Shown here: positions 20,219 through 29,696 of the stretch, one piece after another
Position numbering within the stretch: position 1 is the stretch's first letter
Layout of the letters: the number at the start of each line of letters is the position of its first letter
Assembly (NCBI GenBank): GCA_963814455.1
Contig: CAWFCR010000007.1
Span: 1,865-65,864 of the forward strand
Length of the DNA stretch: 64,000 bases
Direction: 5' to 3'
DNA from: an uncultured Alphaproteobacteria bacterium
Lineage (GTDB): Bacteria > Pseudomonadota > Alphaproteobacteria > Rhizobiales > Aestuariivirgaceae
Program-made: the position numbers and the translations under genes
Notes under the pieces: model-generated
What the model was told of the DNA's origin: nothing
Database searches by the model: none
Seen by the model: only the letters and a program-made list of their open reading frames with translations

Positions 20219-21357
20219 TGAAGCACCCGTTGAGCCAGTGATTTGTAGTCGAGCATGCGTGATGCGATGGCTAGTGACCTTGCCGACATCGCGGGCAGAA
20301 TATCTGGGCGCGCCGATATTTCGTGGAGGATGCCGGGGAGCCCTGTTACATCTTTCATCAGCCAGCCGTTGCCGTCGACAAACGGCCGGTGGCTTGCCAC
20401 ATCGTCAAGAATGACCGGGCACCTGGCGCACAGGCTCATCTGCATGGTTGCGGACTGAGAGCCAGGTTGCAGATAGACATCGGCGGCACACAGCAGGTCG
20501 AGAAGCTCATCCGAGTTCTTCCAGCCGAGGAAGCTCACGCGCGGGTCGTCCCTGATCAAGGACATGGCATCGGCTTCAATTTCGGTGTCGAGAGAGCCTG
20601 CAAGCACCAGGTTGAGATTGTCCGCAGGCACAACGGCTAGAGCTCTCAGGCTTTCAAGCAGTTTTTTGAGTTTTCCCATTTTGCCAGTCTGCAGCAACAT
20701 CACCTTCTTCTTGCCAAGTCCAAGGGCCTTGCGCGTCTCTGAGCGCCGCCTGGCGTGTTCGGCATTGGCCAGAATGCGGCCGCCGAGCGGAAAGAACTCC
20801 AGCCGTTCGCGCGCCACGCCATACATATCATGCACGAAGTCCATCGTGCCGATGGAGATGCACAGCACCTTGTTGAACGCTGGCGCCGACCGCAAGATGA
20901 TCGGGCGGTAGAACAATTTGTGCAGCAGCCGCGAACCGGGCGTGCGCGCGCTGTTGTTGGAATCCTCATGGCTGTCCGCATAGACAGGAATGCCGGGATG
21001 CTGGCGCTTGAACCGCGCGACAGTTGCAAGCTCAAAGCCGCACAAGCCATGAAAGAGAACGGCTTCAGGCCTCTCTTGCTTCAATAACTCGAGCACGCCT
21101 GGGTGCATGCGCAGCTTGCGCATCACCTTGTGCGGCAGGAAACTGCGGTAGGGCAGGCGGACGACGCGCGCGCCGTCGGTGCCCATGTAAGTAGATGGCT
21201 CGACATATATGAGCTTGCGGTCCTTGCCGTAGTTTTCCGTGGAAGCGATGACGACAACGTCATGCCCGTCCGCCACATGCTGCCGCACCAGCAGGTTTTC
21301 CTGATACGTGTATCCATCAATGTAAAAGCAGGATAGGCAGAGGTGAACGATCTTCAC
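20215..21357 (-). CDS. Glycosyltransferase family 4
   Basis: GTG start at 21357 (VKIVHLCL...YQENLL); GT-B C-terminal half AADVYLQPGSQS. Confidence 0.82.
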   Translation of the reverse strand: MKIVHLCLSCFYIDGYTYQENLLVRQHVADGHDVVVIASTENYGKDRKLIYVEPSTYMGTDGARVVRLPYRSFLPHKVMRKLRMHPGVLELLKQERPEAVLFHGLCGFELATVARFKRQHPGIPVYADSHEDSNNSARTPGSRLLHKLFYRPIILRSAPAFNKVLCISIGTMDFVHDMYGVARERLEFFPLGGRILANAEHARRRSETRKALGLGKKKVMLLQTGKMGKLKKLLESLRALAVVPADNLNLVLAGSLDTEIEADAMSLIRDDPRVSFLGWKNSDELLDLLCAADVYLQPGSQSATMQMSLCARCPVILDDVASHRPFVDGNGWLMKDVTGLPGILHEISARPDILPAMSARSLAIASRMLDYKSLAQRVLH

Positions 21358-21968
21358 AGGAAGCCCTCCTGCCGCAACAGCTCTTCCGGCCGGTCGAACA
21401 GCGGGCCGAGCCGGTTCAATTCGGCATCTGGCAAATTCCACCAGGCAAACTTGAGCATGGCCGCGGCAACGTTCGCTGGGAACCGCGGCCTGATGACGCG
21501 AGCGGGGTTGCCCGCAACAATCATGTAGGGTTCGACATCCTTGGTCACCACACTGCCCATGCCGATGACCGCGCCATGTCCGATGCTTATGCCGCCCTTG
21601 ATCAGCGCGCCCTCGCCAACCCATACGTCATGGCCAACCACCGTCTTGGTCCGCCAGACATAAGGGTGGCGGGCAAACTTGGTCTTCACGCTGTCGCGGT
21701 GGCTGAGAAACACAGGGCTTGTGGACGCAAATTCCATCGGGTGGCGGGAGCCGCCGATCGTCACCTTGCTGGCGATGGAACAGAATCCCCCCACCTCGCA
21801 GTCTATGATCATGCAGTCATAGCCGCAGAAGGAATGCCGGTCGAAAGTGGTTCGCACGATGGTGCTGCCGGATTCGACTTTTGACGTCGCGTGGATGCGA
21901 CTGTCCCGGATGGCGCTGCCGCGCGCCTTCTTCAACAGGCGGTTGAAAACATATCCGGCGAAACTCAT
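21354..21968 (-). CDS. CatB-related hexapeptide O/N-acetyltransferase
   Basis: GGFCSIA, HPMEFASTSP, GHDVWVG, IGHGAVIG, VAGNPAR, WWN. Confidence 0.85.
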   Translation of the reverse strand: MSFAGYVFNRLLKKARGSAIRDSRIHATSKVESGSTIVRTTFDRHSFCGYDCMIIDCEVGGFCSIASKVTIGGSRHPMEFASTSPVFLSHRDSVKTKFARHPYVWRTKTVVGHDVWVGEGALIKGGISIGHGAVIGMGSVVTKDVEPYMIVAGNPARVIRPRFPANVAAAMLKFAWWNLPDAELNRLGPLFDRPEELLRQEGFL

Positions 21969-23308
21969 GCCAGCACAATTCCCTTGCGGTCTGCCACATG
22001 GCGGAGCGCGTTGCGCGTGTCGATGACGAGGTCGATGGCGCGCGCCACTTCCGCGTAGTCAACGCCATCATGGTCCGTGCAGATCAGAGCGGCGTCGTAA
22101 GCGGCGAAGGCTTTGGCGTCGAAGGCCACGCTCTTGCGGCCTGCCAGCTCAGGGTGTTCGCGCATCTGCGGCACCACGGGCACGAACGGATCATGGAAGT
22201 CAACCTTGCCGCCGCGCTCCTCGATAAGCCGCGTCAGCGTGAAGGCGGGGCTTTCGCGCGTATCCTCGACATTTTTCTTGTAGGCGACGCCAAACAGCAG
22301 GATGCGCGCTCCTGATATGGATTTCTGCTTGTGCGTGCTCAGTGCGTCGATCAGCGCTTCGACGACCTTGTAAGGGGCATGTGTATTGATTTCGCCGGCG
22401 AGCTCAATGAAGCGCGTCGGCACTTCGAATTCGCGCGCCTTCCAGGTGAGGTAAAACGGGTCGATCGGTATGCAGTGTCCGCCAAGGCCGGGGCCGGGAT
22501 AAAAGGCCATGAAGCCGAAGGGCTTGGTCTTGGCGGCGTCGATCACATCCCAGACATTGATGCCCATCTTGCCGTAGATAAGCTTGAGCTCATTGACCAA
22601 CGCGATATTGACCGAACGGAAAATGTTCTCGGTGAGCTTGACTGCTTCCGCTACTTCGCAGTTGGGAACCGGCACGACCTTTTTGACGACAGAGCTGTAG
22701 AAGCTGACGGCGATCTCGCCAGCATCAAGGCCGTCGCCGCCCACAACCTTGGGGATCGTCGCAGTATGGAAATCAATGTTTCCCGGGTCTTCGCGTTCGG
22801 GTGAGAATGCGAGATAGAAGTCCGCGCCAGCCTTGAGGCCGTTGCGCTCCAGGATGGGCTTCATCACGCCCTGCGTGGTGCCGGGATAAGTTGTTGATTC
22901 AAGCGCAATCAGTTGGCCTTCGCGCAGATTGAGCAGAATGCCTTCGGTCGTGTTCACAATGTAAGAGAGATCAGGCTCACGGTGGCGGTTGAGCGGCGTT
23001 GGCACGCAGATAATGATGACATCGCAGTCCCGCAGGCGAGCGTAATCGCCCGTTACCTCAAAGCGTCCGCTGTCACGCATGCCTTGCAGGGTTTGGCTGG
23101 TGATGCGCCCGATCGGCGATACAGCCGCGTTAAGCTCCTTGATGCGGGCAGGATTGACATCGAAGCCTGTGACTGGATAGCCAACTGCATGTGCGGCGAC
23201 TGCCAGCGGCAAGCCCACATAGCCCATCCCGATGATGCCAACACGGGCGCTGCGGGCTGCAATGTTGGCCAGCAACTGCTCCTTGGTGCCCGGAGTTTTA
23301 CCCATCAT
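21965..23308 (-). CDS. Nucleotide-sugar 6-dehydrogenase (WbpA-like)
   Basis: GMGYVG, ESTTYPGTT, SPEREDPGN, GLGGHCIPIDPFYL, AYKKNVEDTRESP. Confidence 0.9.
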   Translation of the reverse strand: MMGKTPGTKEQLLANIAARSARVGIIGMGYVGLPLAVAAHAVGYPVTGFDVNPARIKELNAAVSPIGRITSQTLQGMRDSGRFEVTGDYARLRDCDVIIICVPTPLNRHREPDLSYIVNTTEGILLNLREGQLIALESTTYPGTTQGVMKPILERNGLKAGADFYLAFSPEREDPGNIDFHTATIPKVVGGDGLDAGEIAVSFYSSVVKKVVPVPNCEVAEAVKLTENIFRSVNIALVNELKLIYGKMGINVWDVIDAAKTKPFGFMAFYPGPGLGGHCIPIDPFYLTWKAREFEVPTRFIELAGEINTHAPYKVVEALIDALSTHKQKSISGARILLFGVAYKKNVEDTRESPAFTLTRLIEERGGKVDFHDPFVPVVPQMREHPELAGRKSVAFDAKAFAAYDAALICTDHDGVDYAEVARAIDLVIDTRNALRHVADRKGIVLA

Positions 23309-24442
23309 TCACGCTCGCTCTTGTCGGGCGCTGCACACGGCGTCACAGACGCTGTCCAGGTCCTCGTTATCCCAATAGGGGTTCATCGGCAGGCTCAGCA
23401 CGCGGCGCGACAAACGCTCCGATACTGGCAGCGAATTTTCACCGTTGCCGAAGGCGCCATAGGCCTTCTGCAAGTGCATCGGTTTCGGGTAGTAGATGGC
23501 GGTTGGCACCTTGCGGGATTTCAGATGCGCCTGCAGGCCATCGCGATCATCAGTCTTGATCGTATATTGCGCCCAGGCCGAAACCACGCCATCCGGCTTG
23601 TGAGGAGTTTCAACCTTGTTGCCGATGCGCTCGCTGTAGGCATCCGCCAGTTGGTTGCGGCGCGTAGTCTCCTCGGCAAAGACGCCGATCTTGGCCATCA
23701 GGATGGAAGCTTGCAGCGTGTCGAGCCGGCTGTTCATGCCGACGCGCACCGTCTCGTATTTTTCCTTGCCCTGGCCGTGAACGCGGATGGAGCGCATTGC
23801 CTCCGCCAACTCGTCATCATCGGTAAAGATGGCTCCGCCATCGCCGTAGCAACCGAGCGGTTTTGCCGGAAAGAAACTCGTCGTGGTGATCGGCGCCAGC
23901 GTGCCCACATGGCGGCCCGCTGCAGTGATGGCGCCGAAGCTTTGCGCAGCATCGGCAATGAGAACGAGTTTATGCGCTTCGGCAAAATCGTTGAGCGCCT
24001 TCCAGTCGGCAGGCAGACCAAACAGATCAACAGCGATGATGGCGCGCGGACGTTCGCCGCGCTTGAGCGATGCTGCATGCCCTGCGGCAAGGCTCTTCAT
24101 GTCAATGTTGAAGGTCTGCTCATCCACATCGATAAAAACCGGCTTTGCCCCGAGGATGAGAATGACTTCGGCCGTTGCCGTGTAGGTGAAGGAAGGCACC
24201 AGCACGCTGTCGCCTGCGCCAATGCCGGCAGCCATGAGTGCTATCTGCAAAGCGTCAGTTCCGTTGGCGACGCTGATGGCGTGTTTGGCACCGCAGTAGG
24301 CCTTCAGCGCCCCCTCAAACTCCATAATTTCTGGGCCCATGATGAACTGGCCATGCTCAATCACCCTGGCGATGCGCCCGTCAATCTCCTTACGCAACCT
24401 TTGTTTCTGTTGCTCAAGGCCGGTAAATGCTACTGTTTTCAA
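23309..24442 (-). CDS. DegT/DnrJ/EryC1/StrS aminotransferase (WbpE-like)
   Basis: FIMGPE, NGTDALQ, DAAQSFGA, SFFPAKPLGCYGDGG, NSRLDTLQA; TTG start 24442 with upstream AGGGG. Confidence 0.9.
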   Translation of the reverse strand: MKTVAFTGLEQQKQRLRKEIDGRIARVIEHGQFIMGPEIMEFEGALKAYCGAKHAISVANGTDALQIALMAAGIGAGDSVLVPSFTYTATAEVILILGAKPVFIDVDEQTFNIDMKSLAAGHAASLKRGERPRAIIAVDLFGLPADWKALNDFAEAHKLVLIADAAQSFGAITAAGRHVGTLAPITTTSFFPAKPLGCYGDGGAIFTDDDELAEAMRSIRVHGQGKEKYETVRVGMNSRLDTLQASILMAKIGVFAEETTRRNQLADAYSERIGNKVETPHKPDGVVSAWAQYTIKTDDRDGLQAHLKSRKVPTAIYYPKPMHLQKAYGAFGNGENSLPVSERLSRRVLSLPMNPYWDNEDLDSVCDAVCSARQERA

Positions 24443-24603
24443 GTGCTTGCTTCCCCTTGCTGCACTCCGACGGCCGTCCCACGCTGCGCCGCGAATCACC
24501 TGCACCATACCTAGCAAACCGGCGGCTTTTGAAATATTGGGAATTGCGCTTAGCGTTAAAGGCTGGAAGGGGGTAACCCTTTGGCCCGCTTGAGGATGTT
24601 GAA

Positions 24604-25932
24604 ATGCCCGATGCACAGTTGCGCTGCCCTCTTTGCAGCTACACCGGCGTCATGTTCAAACCGGCTGGCAGCATCAAGACGGCATCCGGCCGCCGCAAGT
24701 TGCGGGCTTGCCCAAATTGCGATTGCGATGAATGGACCCGGCTTGCCGTCGCTTGGCTGTCAGCCCGCAACCGCCTGCCGCGGCAAAGCCGCGTGCTGGC
24801 GTTGACCACGCCGATAGCGCTCCGCCGGCATATTTCTGAGTTGCCAGGTGTTTCGCTCGTTGATGCCTCAACCGCGGACCTGGCAGCTGGCGTATTTGCC
24901 CCTGGCTCTTTCGATCTCGTCATCATCGGAGAAAACTGGACCTACGAGTCACACGACATCTCGATTGCAGTCGATCTGTTGGAGGCGCTCAAGGAGAGAG
25001 GGTGGCTTATCGCCATGCCGCGTGACGAAGCCGATGTCAGCCACAAGCTGCAGCAGCTGGCGCAGATTGGTTTCGAGCCTGATGCAGTGGAGGGGCTGGA
25101 GCGCGATGCAATCGCAGTGGCGACTGACCTGCCTTTCATCGCTGCCCGCAGAAAAGTTTCGGCGCCGGTAGCGGCAGCCGCTCCGCAGACGGACGGTGAC
25201 AACCGGTTGATCTGGTACCGGGAAGAAACTGTGACGATGACAATCCGTCCGGCACCCCTTACGCGCGACTGGATGGAGGCCACGACCGAGAAGTATGCCT
25301 ACCGCTGCCTGCCCCTCAATATCGCCAATTGTTCAGGTTGGGAACTGCTCTCGCCGCAGGGCTTCACCGCCACATGGAGCGGCGACAACAATGCCTCCGG
25401 CATCACCATTCAGCATGATGATCCGGCAGCGCGTGTCGCCGCTGTCAGCCACTTCGGCTTTGGCGTCATCACCTTCAGCATTCCCGGCTTGCTGCGTACC
25501 CCACCCGGCATTGACCTCATGGTGGCTGGCCCCATCAACAGGCCGAAGCCTGGCATCCAGGCGCTCACCGGTGTGATCGAAACCGATTGGTCGGAATTTG
25601 GCTTCACCATGAACTGGCTGTTCACCGACAAGAACAGGGAGATCCGCTTCGACAAGGATGAGCCTTTCTGCACGCTCATTCCCATGCCGCGCACGCTGGC
25701 CGAAGGGCTGGAGCCTGCCATCATCGAAGGCGATCCTAACTCCGACCTGTGGCGCCGCCACATGGCGCACCGGCTGAGCCGTGCCGACTTCATCAAGAAC
25801 CTCAAGGTCAAGGGGTCGCAGGAGCAGGAGAAGGGTTGGCAGCGCAGCTATTTCTCTGGTCCGCAACGCGATGTGGCGCCCGAGCACCGCACCAAAGTGC
25901 GGCTTAAACCATTCAAGAAGATGAGCGACTAG
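24604..25932 (+). CDS. Fusion of a CxxC/CxxC methyltransferase-like N-domain with a DUF6065 C-domain
   Basis: C-half IRPAPLTRDWM, AYRCLPLNIAN..GW, SHFGFG, GPIN, GVIETDW, FTMNW, GWQRSY match DUF6065 as recalled; N-half parallels the protein at 44190. Confidence 0.7.
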   Translation: MPDAQLRCPLCSYTGVMFKPAGSIKTASGRRKLRACPNCDCDEWTRLAVAWLSARNRLPRQSRVLALTTPIALRRHISELPGVSLVDASTADLAAGVFAPGSFDLVIIGENWTYESHDISIAVDLLEALKERGWLIAMPRDEADVSHKLQQLAQIGFEPDAVEGLERDAIAVATDLPFIAARRKVSAPVAAAAPQTDGDNRLIWYREETVTMTIRPAPLTRDWMEATTEKYAYRCLPLNIANCSGWELLSPQGFTATWSGDNNASGITIQHDDPAARVAAVSHFGFGVITFSIPGLLRTPPGIDLMVAGPINRPKPGIQALTGVIETDWSEFGFTMNWLFTDKNREIRFDKDEPFCTLIPMPRTLAEGLEPAIIEGDPNSDLWRRHMAHRLSRADFIKNLKVKGSQEQEKGWQRSYFSGPQRDVAPEHRTKVRLKPFKKMSD

Positions 25933-25934
25933 CT

Positions 25935-26792
25935 TCAGCTGCGGGTGATGGTGATCGCCGTTCCCCACGGATCTTCGATACGCGCTGCCTTGCCGGTGCG
26001 TTCCATCAGCTGATCATGTGCGGCGGCGCTGGTTGTGACCAGTTCGAAGCTTTCAAGCCCGGTGCTGCCGGAGGTGCGGCGGCCAGCGCCGCGGCTGTTC
26101 CAGATATTGGCGCCGAGGTGATGGTGATACCGCCCCGTGGAAAAGAAGTTGGCGCCGGGATAACGCGTGGTGAGGTCGAAGCCCAGAACCTTGCCGTAGA
26201 AGGATTCGGTCCCGGCGAGATCGCCCACCTGCAAATGCACATGCCCGAGGAAAGTGCCATCGGGCGCGGCCTTCCACACGCCATTGTCGCCCGCCTTGAG
26301 CAGGCCTTCGATATCGAGACGCTCGGTTGCCATCTGGATGCCGTCAGCCTGCCAGTTCCATTCCGCCGCGGGCTTGTCGACATAAACTTCAATGCCATTG
26401 CCCTCCGGGTCGGCAAGGTAAAGCGCCTCGCTCACCAGATGATCGGAAGCGCCCTGCAACTGAATGCGATTGGCTGAGACGTGATTGATCCAGCTGGCCA
26501 GGTCCTTGCGCGTTGGCAGCAGGAAGGCGGTGTGAAACAGACCCGCCTCGCGCGCGCTGCGTTGGGCAGCGGTGGCATCCTGCTTGAGTTCCACCAATAC
26601 CGAGCCGCCCGCCCCAAGCCGCGCCGATGTCTTGTCCTGATCAATGACGGTTAGGCCTATAACCTGCTGGTAGAAATCACTGACCTTGGCAAGATCGCGC
26701 ACGACGAGCCTCACTTGCCCGATGCGAATGGGGGCCTTCCATGAAACGCTCTTGTCGCGTGCCGTTTCAACCGCTGCTGCCTGCTGGCTCAT
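25935..26792 (-). CDS. VOC/glyoxalase protein, CatE-like extradiol dioxygenase
   Basis: GLFHTAFLLP, DHLVSEALYLADPEGNGIEVY, GHVHLQV, YHHHLGANIW. Confidence 0.88.
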   Translation of the reverse strand: MSQQAAAVETARDKSVSWKAPIRIGQVRLVVRDLAKVSDFYQQVIGLTVIDQDKTSARLGAGGSVLVELKQDATAAQRSAREAGLFHTAFLLPTRKDLASWINHVSANRIQLQGASDHLVSEALYLADPEGNGIEVYVDKPAAEWNWQADGIQMATERLDIEGLLKAGDNGVWKAAPDGTFLGHVHLQVGDLAGTESFYGKVLGFDLTTRYPGANFFSTGRYHHHLGANIWNSRGAGRRTSGSTGLESFELVTTSAAAHDQLMERTGKAARIEDPWGTAITITRS

Positions 26793-26927
26793 GATGCAAA
26801 CTCCTGTTGGCGGGCATATAGGACATATATGTAACTTTTACAAGCACAATTTAATAGACTTTGGTTGGAGAGACAATGACCCCGTACCGCGGCGGAATAA
26901 AATAATCTTATACAAGGAATTTTAGCC

Positions 26928-26956
26928 TTGACAGCGTACGGTGAAAATGCCATAAG
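26928..26956 (+). promoter_or_regulatory. Sigma70-like promoter facing a gene-free segment
   Basis: TTGACA(26928-26933)-17 nt-CATAAG(26951-26956) with an AT-rich upstream tract. Confidence 0.55.
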
Positions 26957-26959
26957 GGG

Positions 26960-27130
26960 CATACTCCACGAAATTGAAGCTCTACCCCGCGAGCGCAAGG
27001 CTCCCATGAAAGGGAGCATCGCTGAAATCCAATCGGCTACGGCCATGGTGCAACGCGGGTGGAGCCAAAATGTTGGAGAAGCACGCTCTCAGGTGATGCA
27101 CCAATACCGGTCAGCAATGCATCATCATTC
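26960..27130 (+). ncRNA. Candidate structured small RNA of unknown family
   Basis: GCTCTACCCCGCG(26979-91) pairs with CGCGGGTGGAGC(27054-65), enclosing hairpins GCTCCC/GGGAGC and GCTGA/TCGGC; outer CTCCA/TGGAG; downstream GGTGATGCA/TGCATCATC stem. Confidence 0.4.
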
Positions 27131-27170
27131 CGAACATAAATCCCAAGCGGCCTAAGATTCTGAACACAGC

Positions 27171-28100
27171 CTACGCAAACGCAAGTTTCCGCTGCACCTG
27201 CGGCCAGGTTACGGTTCCGCCTGCATTGCCGATCAACTCTGCCAGCACATCGCGTATGCCGTCTGCGAGCTCTTCCCGCTCCAGCGCGTAAGCCAGGTTT
27301 GCGGCCAGAAAGCCAAGCTTGCTGCCGCAATCAAAATTGTCGCCTACATACTTGAGGCCATGGAACGGCTGGCTTTCCAGCAATGCCACCATCGCGTCGG
27401 TGATCTGGATTTCCCGTGTATGATCGCCTTCCATCGTGTCGAGAATGTCGAATATCTCGGGCTGCAGGATATAGCGGCCGGAAATGATCAGGTTGGATGG
27501 CGCAGATCCATTGCGTGGCTTTTCCACCATGCTTTCGATGCTGCAGCATCTCTCCTGCCAGTCTCCGGGCCTCACCACGCCATAATTGCCGACCTGTTCC
27601 CACGGCGCTTCTTCGATCGCCAGAATGTTTCCGCCATTCATGGCGTGATAGGATTCAACCAACTGGCTCATGCATCCGACATCGGACTTGATGATCATGT
27701 CCGGCAGCAGAACAGCAAATGGCTCCCGCCCGACGAAGTTCCGCGCGCACCAGATGGCATGACCCAAACCGAGAGGTTTCTTCTGCCGGGTGAAGCTCAT
27801 CGAGCCGGCGGGCAAGCCGTCTTCCTCCAGTGCTGCGAGTTGCGCAGCCTGGTTGCGCAGCCTGAGTGTCGCTTCAAGTTCAAACTGCATGTCGAAATGA
27901 TCTTCAATGACCGCCTTGTTCCGGCCTGTCACGAAGATGAATTGCTCGATGCCTGCTTCGCGCGCCTCGTCCACCACGATTTGAATGAGCGGCCGGTCGA
28001 CAATAGGCAGCATCTCTTTCGGAATGGCCTTGGTTGCGGGAAGAAAGCGCGTGCCGAGCCCTGCGACCGGGAACACGGCTTTGCGAATTGGAGGAAGCAT
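27171..28100 (-). CDS. galU: UTP--glucose-1-phosphate uridylyltransferase
   Basis: KAVFPVAGLGTRFLPATKAIPKEMLP, PLGLGHA, MVEKP, EIQITDA, DCGSK. Confidence 0.93.
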   Translation of the reverse strand: MLPPIRKAVFPVAGLGTRFLPATKAIPKEMLPIVDRPLIQIVVDEAREAGIEQFIFVTGRNKAVIEDHFDMQFELEATLRLRNQAAQLAALEEDGLPAGSMSFTRQKKPLGLGHAIWCARNFVGREPFAVLLPDMIIKSDVGCMSQLVESYHAMNGGNILAIEEAPWEQVGNYGVVRPGDWQERCCSIESMVEKPRNGSAPSNLIISGRYILQPEIFDILDTMEGDHTREIQITDAMVALLESQPFHGLKYVGDNFDCGSKLGFLAANLAYALEREELADGIRDVLAELIGNAGGTVTWPQVQRKLAFA

Positions 28101-28127
28101 CAATTTTCTCCGGTTGGAATGCGTTGG

Positions 28128-29696
28128 TTAAAATGCGTTGCGATAGGCGCGGGATGAAAAGACCGTCATCAGCATGATCTTGAGGTCAAGCAGAAGCGAC
28201 CAGTTCTGGATGTAGGTCACATCACAGTCCAACCTGTCCTGCATCTGTTTGAGCGTATCAGTCGGTCCGCGATGGCCAAGCGCTTGGGCGAGGCCCGTAA
28301 TGCCAGGCTTGATATTATGGCGGCGGGCGTAGCTCGCGATCTTGTCATAATACATGTCGTCATGCTCGATCGCATGCGGCCGTGGCCCGACGAGCGACAT
28401 CTCACCGCGCAGGACGTTGATCAGCTGCGGCAACTCATCAATGTTCCAGCGCCGCAGGAATGCGCCGACCTTTGTGATGCGGCTGTCATTCTGGCCAGTC
28501 TGGCGGAATGCCTCGCCTGCCAAGGCAACGCGCATGGTGCGGAACTTGAAGATCCGGAACTTCGCCTGGTTGAAGCCCTTGCGCGATTGCCTGAACATGG
28601 CAGCGCCCGGTGAATCCAGCCTGATGGCAAGCGCAACGCCAAGCAACAATGGAGACAGCAGAAGCAGCAACATGCTTGCGGCCAGAAGGTCAAACGCCCT
28701 TTTTATGACCTGCTCCTGCCCTGTCAGCGGCTTTCTGATTACCCGCAGCATCGGAAGCCCGCCGACGATGAGAGCTTCCGGTTTTGCCTGCGCCGTCGAC
28801 AAGGACTCGGTGCAAACCAGAATGCTGGCAGGCAAGTCGGCAAAGCGGTCAACCAGAAAGGAAATCTCCCTCGTTCTTTCAAACGGAAGAAGAATGACAA
28901 TGCGGTCGGCATGCGCCGCCCGGCTTGTCCGGATGACAACCTCGGCAAACGCGGCCAGATACTCGACAGGCACATCCTTGTTGGAGGCATCAAGCCAGAG
29001 CGGAAAGGATTTCACGACTTGCACATTTTCCTGCCAGTCGTTCCAGTTCTTCTTGGTAGCCTGGATATTCTCAGGGCTGCCAACGAGAATGACCCTGTTG
29101 GCCACGATCAGCTTCTTCACCCGTTGATCCTGAAGCAGGCTGAACTCAATTGAACGCAAGGCCAGCAGCGTGCCCCCGCAAACCAGGAACTGCAGAACCA
29201 GACTGCCTCTGGAATAGGTGACAGCAAGACGCGTCATCACCAGGAATGTCACGAAGACGAGAAATGCCTGAGTGAAGTAGCTGAAATTTTTCAGAAGCGC
29301 CTGGCGGCGATCCATTCCCCATACATGCCCATAAACCTGCGCGCCGAGACTGCGCACCAGGAACATTCCCGCAAGAATGGCCGCCGAATATATGTAGGGC
29401 CGCCAATCAGGCATGCCCAGCCCCAGCATGCGGTGATAGAGCTGCCAGCTTGCAACCGAGCCGCTGAACACGGCGATGGCATCGAAGGTCATGATTGCGG
29501 CAAGTATGATAGGGTCAGTCAGCGACAGGATTGGTTTGCGTTGAGTTTCCGCAAAGTCACTGTCGCCAGCGCCATGACCAGTAAGGTGATCCGACACCAG
29601 ACTTTGCACGCCAGGCAACGGCTTCCCGGCGTCGCGAGAAGCTTCCGAATTTCTCTCTGACAGACGCACCGCTGCGTTGTCCCTGTTATTACGCAT
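28128..29696 (-). CDS. Undecaprenyl-phosphate glucose phosphotransferase (WcaJ-like priming transferase)
   Basis: N-terminal TMs; KRAFD, FKFRTM, IDELPQLINVLRGEMSLVGPRP, KPGITGLAQ; start uncertain. Confidence 0.9.
   Translation of the reverse strand: MRNNRDNAAVRLSERNSEASRDAGKPLPGVQSLVSDHLTGHGAGDSDFAETQRKPILSLTDPIILAAIMTFDAIAVFSGSVASWQLYHRMLGLGMPDWRPYIYSAAILAGMFLVRSLGAQVYGHVWGMDRRQALLKNFSYFTQAFLVFVTFLVMTRLAVTYSRGSLVLQFLVCGGTLLALRSIEFSLLQDQRVKKLIVANRVILVGSPENIQATKKNWNDWQENVQVVKSFPLWLDASNKDVPVEYLAAFAEVVIRTSRAAHADRIVILLPFERTREISFLVDRFADLPASILVCTESLSTAQAKPEALIVGGLPMLRVIRKPLTGQEQVIKRAFDLLAASMLLLLLSPLLLGVALAIRLDSPGAAMFRQSRKGFNQAKFRIFKFRTMRVALAGEAFRQTGQNDSRITKVGAFLRRWNIDELPQLINVLRGEMSLVGPRPHAIEHDDMYYDKIASYARRHNIKPGITGLAQALGHRGPTDTLKQMQDRLDCDVTYIQNWSLLLDLKIMLMTVFSSRAYRNAF

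Noticed and set aside
21354-21968. Chloramphenicol or streptogramin resistance gene
   Set aside because: Overlaps glycan genes on both sides; a sugar acetyltransferase is more likely
22913-24514. Long antisense ORFs (533 aa here; also 17671-18543, 19325-20221, 159-578)
   Set aside because: Shadow frames opposite well-supported genes in high-GC DNA, with no motifs
27005-27095. Resemblance to cobalamin (AAAGGGA..TGAAATCC..GCAAC) or glycine (CTCTCAGG) riboswitches
   Set aside because: Core paired elements and spacing do not fit, and no same-strand gene lies downstream
26928-27155. 75-aa ORF from the track
   Set aside because: Its TTG start is the -35 hexamer, there is no ribosome-binding site or motif, and the region is better explained by RNA structure
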